Positions 40,054-51,462 of a stretch of DNA of 64,000 bases are shown here, piece by piece. The stretch is taken from contig JBJBCN010000002.1 of the NCBI GenBank assembly GCA_047285805.1, forward strand, positions 1,120,001 to 1,184,000, read 5' to 3'. How positions within the stretch are numbered: position 1 is the stretch's first letter; each line of letters opens with the position of its first letter. A model generated the notes under the pieces. The model ran no database searches. It was not told where the DNA came from and saw only the letters and a list, made by a program, of their open reading frames with translations. The stretch comes from Synechococcus sp. (GTDB taxonomy: Bacteria > Cyanobacteriota > Cyanobacteriia > PCC-6307 > Cyanobiaceae). Position numbers and translations under genes: made by a program.

Positions 40054-41745
40054 ATGGCCGCCCAGCACCTCCAGGCCATGGACCTCACCAGCCTGCGGGC
40101 CGTGCTCGCGGAGCTCAGGCCCCAACTCGTCCCCAGTCGCTTTGAGAAAGCGCAGCAGGCAGATGGGCAAAGCATTCATTTGGGGTTCCGCACCTTGGAA
40201 CGGCGGCTCTGGCTCGAGTTGAGCTGGCTGGCTGAAGCTCCCCGGTTGCTGAAAATCCCGGCGCCCCCCAAGCAGGGGGATGGCAGCACCCTCGCCCAAC
40301 AGCTTCAGCACGGACTTAGTGGACTCGCCCTGACCGACCTCCGGCAAGAGGGCTGGGAGCGCGTGGTGGAGCTGGACTTCGCCCCGAGGCCCTCCGAGCC
40401 ACCCCAACGAAGCCTGGTCCTGGAATTAATGGGCCGCCACAGCAACTTGTTCCTGCTCGATCAGGACCGCAGGGTCGTGGCCGTGGCCCGGCAGGTGCGT
40501 GAGAACCAATCGCGCCTGCGCCCCATCAGCACTGGCGACATCTACCTGCCGCCCCCACCCATGGGCGGCCGTTGCCCCAGCCGGGAGGAAAGCTTCGAGG
40601 ATTGGAAGGGGGAACTGCAGCTGCTCCCCCTTCCCCTGAAACGCGCGCTGCCCAGTAGCTATCAAGGCATCAGCCCAGCCCTGGCGCGGCAATTAGTGGC
40701 CGGGCTCGGTGATGACCTGCTCAGCCAACCCGTCCAGGACCTGAGCGACACCAGCTGGCAACAGCTCTGGCAGCGCTGGCAGCAGTGGCTCGATGCGTTG
40801 GAGGAGGAACGCTTTGGCTTCCGACTGGATGAAGACGGGGGCTACTGCTGCTGGGCAACCGGCGTCCCAACCACCAGCCTCAATGCCGAGCTGGCGGCCT
40901 ATCACCAAGGGCGCCTGCTGACCAGAACCTTCAGCCAGCGGCAGCAGGCCCTCAAGCAGCGCCTCGAGCGGGCCCTGGAGCGTGAGCGCCAGCAACAGCA
41001 GCACCAACGGTCGCTCCTCGATCAAGTCGAAAGCAGCGATGGCCTCCAGGAGCAGGCCGACACCCTGCTCTGCCAAGCCAACCCAAGCCGAGAGACGATC
41101 AACGAGGCCCAGAAGCTCTACAAAAAAGCCCGGCGCTTGCGGCGCTCCGTCGCCTCAATCACCCCCAGGCTGGCCCAGCACCAACAGCAGATTGATCAGC
41201 TCGAGGGCAGCCTGACCTTTCTGGAGTTGATCCAACTGGAATGCGAGCGGGACCCGCACAGCGGGCTTCAGCAGCTCAAAGCGCTCGAGGAGGACAGTGA
41301 GCTGCTCTGGCAACGCCAACCCACGAACCGCAAGGAACGCCGGCGGTCGCAGGGGGATCCATCCCCCTTGACCCTGACCAGTTTGAGGGGCCTCACGATC
41401 CAGGTCGGACGGAACCACCGCCAGAACGAATGGATCAGCCTGCAGCAGTCACGCAAGGGGGATCTCTGGTTTCATGCCCAGGAGTGCCCCGGAAGTCACG
41501 TGGTGCTGAAAAGTTCGGCCGCTCCAGCGGAGGAGAGTGACCTGCAGGCGGCGGCCAGCCTGGCGGCCTACTTCAGCCGTGCTCGAGGCAACAACCAAGT
41601 CGCCGTGGTGATGACCCCCTGCGAGCAGCTGCAACGCATCCCTGGAGCCGGCCCAGGGACCGTGCGGCACCGGGGCGGAGAGGTCCTCTGGGCCAACCCC
41701 GAGGGCGCCGCAGCGCTACTGCGCGGCAAACCCTTTAGCCTCTAG
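40054..41745 (+). CDS. rqcH: NFACT/RqcH (FbpA) family protein
   Basis: MD, ERVV, ELMGRHSN, VGRNHRQNE, WFHAQECPGSHV. Confidence 0.92.
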   Translation: MAAQHLQAMDLTSLRAVLAELRPQLVPSRFEKAQQADGQSIHLGFRTLERRLWLELSWLAEAPRLLKIPAPPKQGDGSTLAQQLQHGLSGLALTDLRQEGWERVVELDFAPRPSEPPQRSLVLELMGRHSNLFLLDQDRRVVAVARQVRENQSRLRPISTGDIYLPPPPMGGRCPSREESFEDWKGELQLLPLPLKRALPSSYQGISPALARQLVAGLGDDLLSQPVQDLSDTSWQQLWQRWQQWLDALEEERFGFRLDEDGGYCCWATGVPTTSLNAELAAYHQGRLLTRTFSQRQQALKQRLERALERERQQQQHQRSLLDQVESSDGLQEQADTLLCQANPSRETINEAQKLYKKARRLRRSVASITPRLAQHQQQIDQLEGSLTFLELIQLECERDPHSGLQQLKALEEDSELLWQRQPTNRKERRRSQGDPSPLTLTSLRGLTIQVGRNHRQNEWISLQQSRKGDLWFHAQECPGSHVVLKSSAAPAEESDLQAAASLAAYFSRARGNNQVAVVMTPCEQLQRIPGAGPGTVRHRGGEVLWANPEGAAALLRGKPFSL

Positions 41746-41749
41746 TGCA

Positions 41750-42595
41750 ATGAGCGATCAACCACAGTCCCAAGGCGATCGCTCGGGTTCGGACGGAGCA
41801 CCGAGCAGCTCCGGATTAGCGCCGCCGCCCATAAAAATTCCTGCGGCTGCCCCCGAGACGGCAGCGGTCGAAGCCACCGAAGAGTTCCCCTCCGAGGTGG
41901 AGATGACCTTGGTGGGACACCTGGAGGAACTCCGAAGCCGTGTCCTCCGCAGCCTGCTGGCGGTGGTGGTCGGCGCCGCCGCCTGCCTGCTGTTCGTGCG
42001 GCCGTTGGTGCGCCTCCTCGAGGTGCCGGCCAAGGACATTCATTTTCTGCAGCTCGCTCCGGGCGAATTCCTGCTGGTATCCCTCAAGGTGGCGGGGTAC
42101 GCCGGACTCACGCTGGCCCTTCCCTATGTCCTCTATGAGGGCCTGGCCTTTGTGCTCCCTGGCCTGACCCGCAGGGAACAAAAGCTGGTGGCACCGGCCG
42201 TCGCCGGGTCAGCGATGCTCTTTCTGGCCGGCCTGGCCTTTGCCTGGTGGGCTTTGGTCCCCGCCGCCTTGAACTTCCTCGTGAGCTACGGCGCAGATGT
42301 GGTGGAGCCGCTCTGGTCCATCGAGCGCTACCTAGATTTTGTCTTGCTTCTCATGGTGGCCACGGCGTTGGCCTTCCAGCTCCCCGTCCTTCAGATGCTG
42401 CTGGCGGCCCTCGGGCTAGTGCGCTCCGAGGCCATGCTTGGGGCATGGCGATTTGTGGTGATGGCCTCGGCCTTGGCTGGGGCCGTGCTGACTCCCTCAA
42501 CAGACCCCATCACCATGCTGCTGCTCAGCGGCGCCATCACGGCCCTGTACCTCGTGGGAGTGGGTCTGGCTAGGGTGGTCCAACGACCCGCCTGA
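41750..42595 (+). CDS. tatC: Twin-arginine translocase subunit TatC
   Basis: M.L..HLEELR.R, FVLPGL, FQLP, TPSTDP. Confidence 0.96.
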   Translation: MSDQPQSQGDRSGSDGAPSSSGLAPPPIKIPAAAPETAAVEATEEFPSEVEMTLVGHLEELRSRVLRSLLAVVVGAAACLLFVRPLVRLLEVPAKDIHFLQLAPGEFLLVSLKVAGYAGLTLALPYVLYEGLAFVLPGLTRREQKLVAPAVAGSAMLFLAGLAFAWWALVPAALNFLVSYGADVVEPLWSIERYLDFVLLLMVATALAFQLPVLQMLLAALGLVRSEAMLGAWRFVVMASALAGAVLTPSTDPITMLLLSGAITALYLVGVGLARVVQRPA

Positions 42596-42596
42596 T

Positions 42597-42932
42597 TTAG
42601 AGAAGAAATTCGCTCGCGCGTCCCTCAGGTAACTCAAGGGGCAGGGTCATGGCCTTCCCAAGGCGGGGTTTGTCCGTGGTGGTGGTTAGCCATTCACGAA
42701 CCTGTCCGGCCACCCCTAAGCCGTTCAAGGTGGCGACGAGCTCGTCCAATTTCGCGGCGTACTGCTCGGCATCCAGGGGAAAGGATTGCTGCTCCAGGTA
42801 GGCCCACATCACCTGCAGATAGAGACGTCCGCGACGGGACGTCAGCTGCAGGTCATAGGAGGCCTGCCAGCGAGCCCGCAGGGTTTCAAGGATCTCCGCA
42901 CTCGCCAGGGGAGCGGCATGTGGCTCAGTCAC
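42597..42932 (-). CDS. DUF3067-family protein
   Basis: W..SYDLQL..RRGRLYLQVMWAYLEQQSFP; divergent from petC; start uncertain. Confidence 0.85.
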   Translation of the reverse strand: MTEPHAAPLASAEILETLRARWQASYDLQLTSRRGRLYLQVMWAYLEQQSFPLDAEQYAAKLDELVATLNGLGVAGQVREWLTTTTDKPRLGKAMTLPLELPEGRASEFLL

Positions 42933-43063
42933 GGGAAGGCAATCCAACGAACCGCGCAACAGCATGTTGCAGGCTTCAGCCACCTGCCTGTGATTCGGGC
43001 CCGTTGCGGGAACGACAAGGTCCATAATGGCCCCCACGTCGTTGTGGCAGCCGGCCGCCCCGT

Positions 43064-43612
43064 ATGACCCAAATTCCAGCGAGCGCCTCGAACAGTGATG
43101 TCCCTGGAATGGGTCGCCGGCAGTTCATGAATCTTCTGACCTTCGGTTCAGTCACCGGAGTTGCCCTGGGCGCCCTCTACCCAGTTGCCAACTACTTCAT
43201 CCCCCCGAGGGCCGCTGGCTCCGGCGGTGGCACTGCCGCCAAGGATGAGCTTGGCAACGCAGTGACCGCCAGCGGTTGGCTGAGCACCCACCGTGAAGGT
43301 GATCGCAACCTGGTCCAAGGCCTGAAGGGCGATCCCACCTACCTGGTGGTTGAAGGCAGTGATGCCATTGGCAGCTATGGCATTAACGCGATCTGCACAC
43401 ACCTGGGTTGCGTAGTCCCCTGGAACGCCGCTGCCGACAAGTTCATGTGCCCCTGCCACGGCTCGCAGTACGACGCCACCGGCAAGGTCGTCCGTGGCCC
43501 TGCACCCTTGTCCCTGGCCTTGGCCCACGTCTCCGTCGAAAACGACAACGTGTTCCTGAGCCAGTGGAACGAAACTGATTTCCGCACCGGCGAGAAGCCC
43601 TGGTGGGTCTGA
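43064..43612 (+). CDS. petC: Cytochrome b6f Rieske Fe-S subunit
   Basis: RRQFMN Tat motif, CTHLGC, CPCHGS. Confidence 0.98.
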   Translation: MTQIPASASNSDVPGMGRRQFMNLLTFGSVTGVALGALYPVANYFIPPRAAGSGGGTAAKDELGNAVTASGWLSTHREGDRNLVQGLKGDPTYLVVEGSDAIGSYGINAICTHLGCVVPWNAAADKFMCPCHGSQYDATGKVVRGPAPLSLALAHVSVENDNVFLSQWNETDFRTGEKPWWV

Positions 43613-43650
43613 TCTCCTCCCCAACCGTTCCCCTCTCGCCCCAACGCCCC

Positions 43651-44583
43651 ATGCGTCGCTCCTTCTCCCTGCTGCTGAGTTCGGTTCTGGTTCTCGGCGC
43701 CCTGTTCTTTGCTCCTCAAGCAAGCTGGGCCTATCCCTTCTGGGCTCAACAGCAATACGACTACCCGCGGGAAGCCACCGGCAAATTGGCATGCGCCAAC
43801 TGCCACCTGGCCCAAAAGCCCACCCACGTTGAACTCCCTCAAGCGGTATTCCCCGATGAGGTCTTCAAGGTTGAAGTTGAAATCCCCTACGACACCAGCG
43901 TTCAGCAGGTCGCTGGTGATGGTTCTGCCACCGGCCTGAACGTCGGTGCAGTCGTGATGCTTCCCGACGGCTTCAAACTCGCTCCCGCAGATCGTCTTAC
44001 CGACGAACTTAAGGAAGAAAGCGAGGGTGTCTACGTCACCACCTGGGACGAAGAAAACCCCAACATCCTTCTGGTCGGCCCCCTCCCGGGTGATGACCAC
44101 CAAAAGATCGTCTTCCCGATCCTCTCGCCCGACCCCGCAGCCGACAGCAACATCCACTTCGGCAAGTTCCAGCTCCACGTGGGCGGCAACCGCGGTCGCG
44201 GCCAGGTCTATCCCACCGGAGAGAAGAGCAACAACGGAGTGTTCAACGCCTCCGCTGCTGGCACCATCGAAGCCATCAATGCCGGTGACGCCGGCTCTTC
44301 CGTTGTGGTCATCAAGACCGCCGACGGCAACAGCATGAGCGACACCATCCCTGCAGGCCCCACCGTGACCGCCAAGGTTGGTGATGTCGTGGACGCCGGT
44401 GCTGCCCTTACCAACGACCCCAACGTGGGTGGTTTTGGTCAGCTCGATGCCGAAGTCGTTCTCCAGAACCCTGTTCGCATCTACGGCCTGCTGGCCTTCT
44501 TCGCCGCCGTGGCTCTGGCTCAGATCATGCTTGTTCTGAAGAAGAAGCAGATAGAAAAGGTGCAGGCCGCCGAAGGCGTTTGA
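43651..44583 (+). CDS. petA: Apocytochrome f
   Basis: [29 protein letters not shown]. Confidence 0.98.
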   Translation: MRRSFSLLLSSVLVLGALFFAPQASWAYPFWAQQQYDYPREATGKLACANCHLAQKPTHVELPQAVFPDEVFKVEVEIPYDTSVQQVAGDGSATGLNVGAVVMLPDGFKLAPADRLTDELKEESEGVYVTTWDEENPNILLVGPLPGDDHQKIVFPILSPDPAADSNIHFGKFQLHVGGNRGRGQVYPTGEKSNNGVFNASAAGTIEAINAGDAGSSVVVIKTADGNSMSDTIPAGPTVTAKVGDVVDAGAALTNDPNVGGFGQLDAEVVLQNPVRIYGLLAFFAAVALAQIMLVLKKKQIEKVQAAEGV

Positions 44584-45437
44584 TGTATCTCGCTGTATTC
44601 ACCTCTCCGGGCCCCCTGCTGTTTCAGCTGGGGCCTTTTTCTTTGCGTTGGTACGGACTGCTGATCGCCATTGCGGTGCTCTGCGGCCTCGCCCTGGCCA
44701 CCCGGCTGGGCAAAGAACGGGGGATCGATTCAACGCTCATTGCCGATCTACTACCGCTACTGGTGCTGGCGGCCGTGGTAGGCGCGCGGATCTACTACGT
44801 CAGCTTTGAGTGGCGTCAGTACCGCTTCAATTGGCTGAATGCTCTCGCGATTTGGCGTGGTGGCATCGCCATCCACGGGGCCCTGATCGGAGGAACCCTG
44901 GCGGTGATCCTTTACAGCCGTTGGCGCAAGATCCCCTTCTGGAACCTGTTGGATGTCCTCCTGCCCTCCGTCGCCCTGGGTCAGGCGATCGGCCGCTGGG
45001 GGAACTTCTTTAATTCCGAGGCGTTCGGGCTTCCTACGGACCTGCCCTGGAAACTGACCATCCCGTTTTCGAACAGGCCGGTTGAATTCCTCGATCAATC
45101 GACCTTCCACCCAACGTTCCTCTACGAGTCGATCTGGAACCTGGGGGTGCTGGTGCTTTTGCTCTGGCTGTTTCGCAACGGGATCGAGGGAAAAATCAGG
45201 CTTCCTGCAGGGGCCCTGAGCTGCGTCTACCTGATGAGCTACAGCTGCGGACGCCTCTGGATTGAAGGGCTGCGGATCGATCCGCTCTGCTTAATGGGTA
45301 CCGCGCCCTACTGCGCCGGAGGTCTGCGGATGGCGCAGGTCATCAGCTTGGTCCTGATCTCCCTCGGCGGTCTAGGGCTGTACTGGCTCTACGGCCGCAA
45401 GCGTGCCCTTCCCGATCCCAGCGGAGTGACCCCATGA
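44583..45437 (+). CDS. lgt: Prolipoprotein diacylglyceryl transferase
   Basis: [34 protein letters not shown]. Confidence 0.97.
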   Translation: MYLAVFTSPGPLLFQLGPFSLRWYGLLIAIAVLCGLALATRLGKERGIDSTLIADLLPLLVLAAVVGARIYYVSFEWRQYRFNWLNALAIWRGGIAIHGALIGGTLAVILYSRWRKIPFWNLLDVLLPSVALGQAIGRWGNFFNSEAFGLPTDLPWKLTIPFSNRPVEFLDQSTFHPTFLYESIWNLGVLVLLLWLFRNGIEGKIRLPAGALSCVYLMSYSCGRLWIEGLRIDPLCLMGTAPYCAGGLRMAQVISLVLISLGGLGLYWLYGRKRALPDPSGVTP

Positions 45438-46207
45438 CCACCACGACGGGCAAAGTTTGGATCGTGGGAGCCGGCCCTGGCGCGCCTGATTTGTTGACCC
45501 TCCGGGCTGCGCGAGCGATTGAGGAGGCTGAGGTCTTGATCTGGACCGATTCGCTAGTCAATCCGCAGCTGGCCGCCATGGCGCCGCAGAACTGCGAACG
45601 CATTCGCACCAGCACCTTGACATTGGAAGAGGTGATGGGACTGATGCTCGACCGGGTCAAGGACGGCAAACGGGTGGTGCGTCTTCACGACGGCGACACC
45701 TGCCTGTACAGCGCCCTCAACGAGCAGCTGTGCGGCCTACTGGACGCCAGGGTAGCCGTGGAAGTCGTCCCCGGCCTAAGCGCCTATCAGGCCACAGCCG
45801 CCCAACTCAAGAGTGAGCTCACGATTCCGGGCCTGGTGCAAACCATCGTTATTGGCCGCGCCGGTGGCCGGACGGGCGTTCCAGAAAGCGAAGCCCTCGG
45901 ACGCCTGGCCTCCCTGAAGGCCTCCCTCTGCCTCTACCTGAGCGCACGGCATGTGGAGGAGGTGCAGCGCGAGCTGCTGTTGCACTACCCACCTGAGACG
46001 CCTGTAGCGATTGGCTATCGGGTGAGCTGGCCGGATGAATGGATCAAAGTTGTCCCCCTCAAGGACATCGACCGGGTGAGCCGTGAACGGGAGCTGATTC
46101 GCACGACGCTCTATGTGGTGAGTCCTGCGCTGGCGGCCCCTGTCGAAGCCCGCTCCAAGCTCTATTCAGCGAGCCACAACCACCTGTTCCGCGGCGGTGC
46201 CGACTAG
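45434..46207 (+). CDS. cobM: Precorrin-4 C11-methyltransferase
   Basis: [36 protein letters not shown]. Confidence 0.93.
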   Translation: MTTTTGKVWIVGAGPGAPDLLTLRAARAIEEAEVLIWTDSLVNPQLAAMAPQNCERIRTSTLTLEEVMGLMLDRVKDGKRVVRLHDGDTCLYSALNEQLCGLLDARVAVEVVPGLSAYQATAAQLKSELTIPGLVQTIVIGRAGGRTGVPESEALGRLASLKASLCLYLSARHVEEVQRELLLHYPPETPVAIGYRVSWPDEWIKVVPLKDIDRVSRERELIRTTLYVVSPALAAPVEARSKLYSASHNHLFRGGAD

Positions 46208-46262
46208 GTCTGGCAGGCGGGCCATGATCTAAACTGAGCTGGCGTCAGCAATAAGCGCACGC

Positions 46263-46334
<72 letters not shown>

Positions 46335-46400
46335 CTTGATTGATTCATAGGCCGGCCGCAGTGCACTGCGACCTTCTTTTTTGCGGCCAACACCCAGCTT

Positions 46401-47993
46401 TCAACTTACGCTCAAGCCCAATCCAACCGCTTCCTCCACGTAGTGCTGGCATGACTGCAGGCTCCAACGCTCCAAGCTGAGGTCCACCTCAGCGGTGAGC
46501 GGCATCAGTTGCATCGCTATGCAGTTCTTACCGTGGGCCTTGAGCACACAATCGGCAATCACCTTCTGGGGGCGACGGTCCATCGCCACGGCCAGGCGCA
46601 GCAGCAACGCCATCGATGACACTGTGCGGCGCTGATCCCGCCCTTCGATCAGCTGCCAGGATTCATGACGCTTTTTCGGTAGGGAACGACGGTGGTAGCG
46701 GGCAATCGCGGCGACCATCAGATGCTCGCTGTCGGAGTATCCCAGCAGATCGCCGTGGCGGACTAAATACCAAGTGTGTTTATGGTAAGCACCGACATTG
46801 ATGTGCTGCCCGCAGCTGTGCAGCATTGCCGCGGCCCAGAGCAACTGACGGCCCTGACCATCGTCCTGGTGCAGGAGGCCCTGGCTTTGGTCGTAGAGAC
46901 GCAGCGCCAGCGCCGCGACCCCTTCAGCCCGGGGGACGTCCACTCCGTAGCGCTGGGCTTGGTGCAAGACCGTGCGTTGACGAATACTGCTCTGAAAGGC
47001 GAAGCGATCAACGATCAAATCGTTGCGCAGCATCCAATCGACAATCAGCCCCTCACGCAGAGCCCTTTCACTGATCAGAAACTCCTCGGCCCCGATCATC
47101 CCCATCGCCGTCTGCAAGATGAGCGCACCAGGCACGATGATTTCGGCGCGGCGTTCATTCAAGACAGGGTGGGCCTTCCGCTCCGCAGGCGTCATCGCCA
47201 AGAGGCATGCGACGATCTGATCCAGTTTTTGCCGCGAGACCCGGTAGCCCTGCATGCGCAGGGGCGGACGCGATTCGTCCGCGGCAGCCATCGCGGCGAT
47301 GGCCATCGCCGTTCCACTGGTGGCGACCAAAACTGGCTGCTTGCCCAAGGGCTTGAGTCCTTGGCGCAGCTTCAGTACCGCGGGTTCGAGCGCCCCCTGG
47401 ATGAAGGCCCGCAGAAAGGTGCCCCGCTTGGCCGGGATCGGGTCGTCCTGGAAGAAATCCCGCTGCAGACGGACTGCACCAATGCGGGTGCTGGTTAAGG
47501 CGTGAGAGTCAGAGCCATCCGCCAGCACCAACTCAGTGGAACCCCCACCGATGTCGATGATCACGTGGGGCTGGTCACCAAAGGACATCCCCGAGAGGAC
47601 GCCCAGGTAAATCAAACGCGCTTCTTCCGGACCGCTGACGAGATCCACAGCCAGGCCGAGTTGCTCCTGGATCGATTGCAGGAACTCCCGGCCATTGGGG
47701 GCTTCACGAACCGCGCTGGTGGCGGCCGTGACGACATCACCAGGGGCCACTCCATGGCTGGCCGCCAACTCTCGGCAATGGCTCAGGGTCGTAAATGCGC
47801 GCTCAATCGCTTCAGGAGAGAGATCACCGCTGACAGGATCGCGCTCCCCCAATCGGGTGGTTGATTTTTCCGTGAGTACCACCGAGAAGCTGCGCAGCTG
47901 GGGATCAACGCTGGCGATCAGCAGGTGGATCGAGTTGGTGCCAATGTCGATGCCGGCGACCTGACGTGGGGCACCGCTGAGGAGCTCACTCAC
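46401..47993 (-). CDS. ppx: Exopolyphosphatase / Ppx-GppA
   Basis: IDIGTNS, ATSAVREA, EEARL, DIGGGSTE, ALREG, C-terminal HD-like domain. Confidence 0.95.
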   Translation of the reverse strand: MSELLSGAPRQVAGIDIGTNSIHLLIASVDPQLRSFSVVLTEKSTTRLGERDPVSGDLSPEAIERAFTTLSHCRELAASHGVAPGDVVTAATSAVREAPNGREFLQSIQEQLGLAVDLVSGPEEARLIYLGVLSGMSFGDQPHVIIDIGGGSTELVLADGSDSHALTSTRIGAVRLQRDFFQDDPIPAKRGTFLRAFIQGALEPAVLKLRQGLKPLGKQPVLVATSGTAMAIAAMAAADESRPPLRMQGYRVSRQKLDQIVACLLAMTPAERKAHPVLNERRAEIIVPGALILQTAMGMIGAEEFLISERALREGLIVDWMLRNDLIVDRFAFQSSIRQRTVLHQAQRYGVDVPRAEGVAALALRLYDQSQGLLHQDDGQGRQLLWAAAMLHSCGQHINVGAYHKHTWYLVRHGDLLGYSDSEHLMVAAIARYHRRSLPKKRHESWQLIEGRDQRRTVSSMALLLRLAVAMDRRPQKVIADCVLKAHGKNCIAMQLMPLTAEVDLSLERWSLQSCQHYVEEAVGLGLSVS

Positions 47994-48043
47994 AGTCCAA
48001 TCTCTGGCGCTGAGCCACTTTCGCACTGCCCTTCAGCCCTAGG

Positions 48044-48976
48044 GTGCGGAAACCTTTTCCCCTGCTGACCGTGCCTGCCGACAGCAAGGGCCTTGGAGTG
48101 CTGCTCCGGGCTTGGCTAGGTCTGCTGCGCTGGGACAAACCCAGCGGACGCTTGATTCTGCTGATTCCTGCGGGTTGGAGCCTCTGGCTCCACGGCGAAG
48201 CCCCTCCCAGCCTTCCCCTAGTGGCAGCGATCGTGATCGGAGGCCTGGCCGTCAGCGGAGCCGGTTGTGTCGCCAATGACCTCTGGGATCGGCGCATTGA
48301 CCCCCAGGTGGAGCGGACCCGTCAACGCCCCCTCGCCAGTGGTCAGATCGGTGTCCCGGGTGCCGTCGTCCTGCTGCTGATCTGCCTGGGCGCCGCTCTG
48401 GCTGTCGTGGTGTGGGGTCTGCCTGAAGCCCACAGGGCCCTCTGCCTCCAGCTGGCGATCGCCGCCCTGCCTCCGGTGCTGCTTTACCCATCGGCGAAGC
48501 GCTGGTTTGCCTACCCCCAGGCGGTCCTGGCCCTGTGCTGGGGCTTTGCGGTCTTGATCCCCTGGGCAGCCGCCCGCGGCAGTCTGGACGGTGGCTGGCC
48601 CCTACTCTTCCTTTGGCTCGCGACCGTGCTTTGGACCTTCGGATTTGACACGGTCTATGCCATGTCCGACCGCGACGACGACCGCAAAGTCGGGGTCCAC
48701 AGCAGCGCCCTCAGCCTGGGTGAGCACGCCCCCATGGCGGTTGCCCTTTGCTACGCCAGCGCAGGCGGACTTTTGGCGATCGCCTCCGGTCTGCAGGGCG
48801 TTTACCCCTGGTTCTGGCTGCTCTGGCTCGTGGTGGTCACTGGCCAACTCAAGGAAGCCCTAGCCTTGCGAAGGCCGCAGCGGCCGCGATCGGCCTTCGG
48901 CCAGCACTTCAAACACCAGGTGCTTCTCGGGGCGCTCCTTCTGCTCGGCTTGGTGGCTGGACGGATGTGGGCATGA
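48044..48976 (+). CDS. ubiA: 4-hydroxybenzoate polyprenyltransferase
   Basis: LLRWDKP, NDLWDRRID..VERT..RPLASG, DTVYA..DRDDD; start uncertain. Confidence 0.93.
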   Translation: MRKPFPLLTVPADSKGLGVLLRAWLGLLRWDKPSGRLILLIPAGWSLWLHGEAPPSLPLVAAIVIGGLAVSGAGCVANDLWDRRIDPQVERTRQRPLASGQIGVPGAVVLLLICLGAALAVVVWGLPEAHRALCLQLAIAALPPVLLYPSAKRWFAYPQAVLALCWGFAVLIPWAAARGSLDGGWPLLFLWLATVLWTFGFDTVYAMSDRDDDRKVGVHSSALSLGEHAPMAVALCYASAGGLLAIASGLQGVYPWFWLLWLVVVTGQLKEALALRRPQRPRSAFGQHFKHQVLLGALLLLGLVAGRMWA

Positions 48977-49881
48977 GTCAGCGCCCTTGGCCCAGACCAC
49001 TCCAAGCCGGCGATCGCGTCCAACTTGCCGCGGTAAGTTCCGCCCTCCAAGGCGAGGCCATCAGCCTCCTGGATGCGGGAATCAGCATTCTCCAGCGCTG
49101 GGGCCTAGAGGTCGAGAGCCATCCCAACCTCGAGCGGCATTGGGGGTACTACGCCGGCACCGACGCAGAACGCCGAGCTGATCTGCTGCCGAAGGCCCCA
49201 CTGGTGGCCTGCGTCCGCGGTGGCTGGGGGTCGGCCCGGCTGCTGGAGCAGCCTCTCATGGATTCCCTCCTGGGGGCACGCGCCCACTGGCTGCTGGGCT
49301 TCTCCGATGTGACCTCCCTGCTCTGGGCCCGGCAGGCGGCGGGCGTACCAGGGGGCATCCATGGACCGATGCTTACCAGTCTGGCGGCGGAACCCGCATG
49401 GAGCCAAGAGCGCCTGCGGGCCTTACTGTTTGGGGAGCCACTCCCGTCTCTTGATGGAACGCCGTGGCAGCGAGGTCAAGCGGAAGGACCCTGCCTGGTG
49501 GGTAATCTCACCGTTGCCACCCATCTGCTGGGCACCCCCCATCTACCTGACCTGCGGGGCGTCATCCTGCTCTTCGAAGACGTGGGTGAGGCGCCCTACA
49601 GGATCGATCGCATGCTCTCCCACTGGCGACTCAGTGGCGCCCTGCAACACGTGGCCGGGATTGGCTTTGGCAGCTTCAGCGACTGCGAGGCCGAGGAGGA
49701 GGACGCCCGTGATCCCGAGCGTCCCTTTGCTCTCCAGGCGGTCCTCAGGGAGCGCTGCGGCGACCTGGGGATCCCGTTGGTCGCCGAATTGCCCTTTGGA
49801 CACCAGTGCGGCAATGCCGCGATCCCCATCGGACGCCGGGGCCGCCTGGACGGGGATCGCGGTGAGCTGAACCTGCTTTAG
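48973..49881 (+). CDS. ldcA: LD-carboxypeptidase (peptidase S66)
   Basis: RGGWG, GFSDVT, HGP, GNL, EDVGE, PFGH. Confidence 0.92.
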   Translation: MSQRPWPRPLQAGDRVQLAAVSSALQGEAISLLDAGISILQRWGLEVESHPNLERHWGYYAGTDAERRADLLPKAPLVACVRGGWGSARLLEQPLMDSLLGARAHWLLGFSDVTSLLWARQAAGVPGGIHGPMLTSLAAEPAWSQERLRALLFGEPLPSLDGTPWQRGQAEGPCLVGNLTVATHLLGTPHLPDLRGVILLFEDVGEAPYRIDRMLSHWRLSGALQHVAGIGFGSFSDCEAEEEDARDPERPFALQAVLRERCGDLGIPLVAELPFGHQCGNAAIPIGRRGRLDGDRGELNLL

Positions 49882-50555
49882 CGGGCGGAGAGAACCGCCT
49901 CAGCGACCGTCAGGTCAAAGGGCGTGGTGATCTTGATGTTTGAGGGGGAGGACTCCATCACCCGGACAGGCCAGCCCAGCCGTTCAAACAAGGAGGCGTC
50001 ATCGGTGACGCTCCACCTCTCCTGACGGGCTTGGGCATGGGCCTGACGTAACTGCTCGACCGGGAAACCCTGGGGGGTTTGGGCGCCCCAGAGGACGGAG
50101 CGATCCGGGGTGTCCTGAATCACACCCGCGGCGTCGACCCGCTTGATCGTGTCGGTGACCGGTGCAGCCGCGATCACCGCCGCCCCGGCATCCACCGCAG
50201 CGGAACACCGATCAATCAGGGCCGGATCCACCAAGCAGCGCGCCCCGTCATGGATCAAGACCGAACGCGCCTCCGGCGGGAGGGCCGCCAGGCCGTTGCA
50301 GACCGAGTCTTGACGGGTATCCCCGCCTTGGATCCACTGGACAGGCCGGTCCGGATTCGCTGCCTTCACCAGAGCCTTGATGTCAGGGCGGTCCAGCTCT
50401 TGCCCCACCACCCCGATCCAGCGGACGCTGCTCGAAGCCAGGGCCGCGTCCAAGGTCCAAGCCAGGACAGGGCGGCCACTGACCTCAAGCAAGAGCTTGT
50501 TGCGCTCCGCACCCATCCGCCGACCGCTTCCAGCACAGGCAATCAGCAGATGCAT
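49878..50555 (-). CDS. ispD: 2-C-methyl-D-erythritol 4-phosphate cytidylyltransferase
   Basis: [36 protein letters not shown]. Confidence 0.96.
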   Translation of the reverse strand: MHLLIACAGSGRRMGAERNKLLLEVSGRPVLAWTLDAALASSSVRWIGVVGQELDRPDIKALVKAANPDRPVQWIQGGDTRQDSVCNGLAALPPEARSVLIHDGARCLVDPALIDRCSAAVDAGAAVIAAAPVTDTIKRVDAAGVIQDTPDRSVLWGAQTPQGFPVEQLRQAHAQARQERWSVTDDASLFERLGWPVRVMESSPSNIKITTPFDLTVAEAVLSAR

Positions 50556-50628
50556 GATGCGCTCCTGAGGACTAAGTAATCCGACCTACATACAATCAAC
50601 CAGCGATCCGCTTCACACCCGCGCGACC

Positions 50629-51462
50629 ATGCGAGTCCTCTTTTTGGTGCCGGGTGGGGTCAGTGATCAGCTGCAGGCCCTTCCGGCGGCAGCCCAGGTC
50701 GCGCATGACCTGAACGCCCAAGTCCAGGTGGCCTGTGCCCCGGCCGCTGCTGCCACTTGGTCCCTGCTTCCGGCTGTGGAGAAGGTCATTCCCTTCGCCT
50801 TTGACGACGGACCGAGCCTGGCGGATTGGGCCAACCTGCTGGGGAACGTCCGCGAGCCCGACTTCCAAGCCTGCATCAACCTCGCCAGCGGACGGCAGGT
50901 GGACCTGATGCTCTCGATGAGCCATATCCCCAATCGTGTGGCCGCCTCAGGCTTCTCCGCCACCGCGACCGTGACTCCGGGAACGGGTTGGGGAGCCCAA
51001 GCGCTCGCCCCCTACCTGGGCCAGCTGGGGATCAACTTGGATGCCAGCCAATTCCGCCTCTCCTTGCCCAAAGGTGCCCTGGAGCAAGCGGCAGCCGCGA
51101 TGCCCAGCGGCCAAGGGCCCGTACTCCTGCTCGCCCCCTCCGGAGACCGTCAGGACTGGCCCGCCCAACATTGGCGTGCCCTGCCCGACGCCATCCGCAA
51201 CAAATTGCCGGATCTGCGGGTGATCGAGGCCGGTGGAGCCACCCTGCTGCAACGTGCCGCCCAACTCGCAAGCTGTGATGTGGTGCTCAGCAGTGATCCC
51301 ATCACCAATCAGCTGGCCCTGCTGAACGGTATGCCCCTGGTCGCTCTAGGCCAAGATCCGGCCTCCCTGCCGGAGCGTCCCGGGGTGCAAGCGGTGGGCC
51401 AAGCCGGAACCCTGCACAACCTCAGCACCGCCGAGGTCTTGCAAGCCCTCGGCTTGGGATGA
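50629..51462 (+). CDS. Glycosyltransferase family 9 (heptosyltransferase-like)
   Basis: LVPGG..DQL..LP N-terminus, WP...W, GT-B layout. Confidence 0.8.
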   Translation: MRVLFLVPGGVSDQLQALPAAAQVAHDLNAQVQVACAPAAAATWSLLPAVEKVIPFAFDDGPSLADWANLLGNVREPDFQACINLASGRQVDLMLSMSHIPNRVAASGFSATATVTPGTGWGAQALAPYLGQLGINLDASQFRLSLPKGALEQAAAAMPSGQGPVLLLAPSGDRQDWPAQHWRALPDAIRNKLPDLRVIEAGGATLLQRAAQLASCDVVLSSDPITNQLALLNGMPLVALGQDPASLPERPGVQAVGQAGTLHNLSTAEVLQALGLG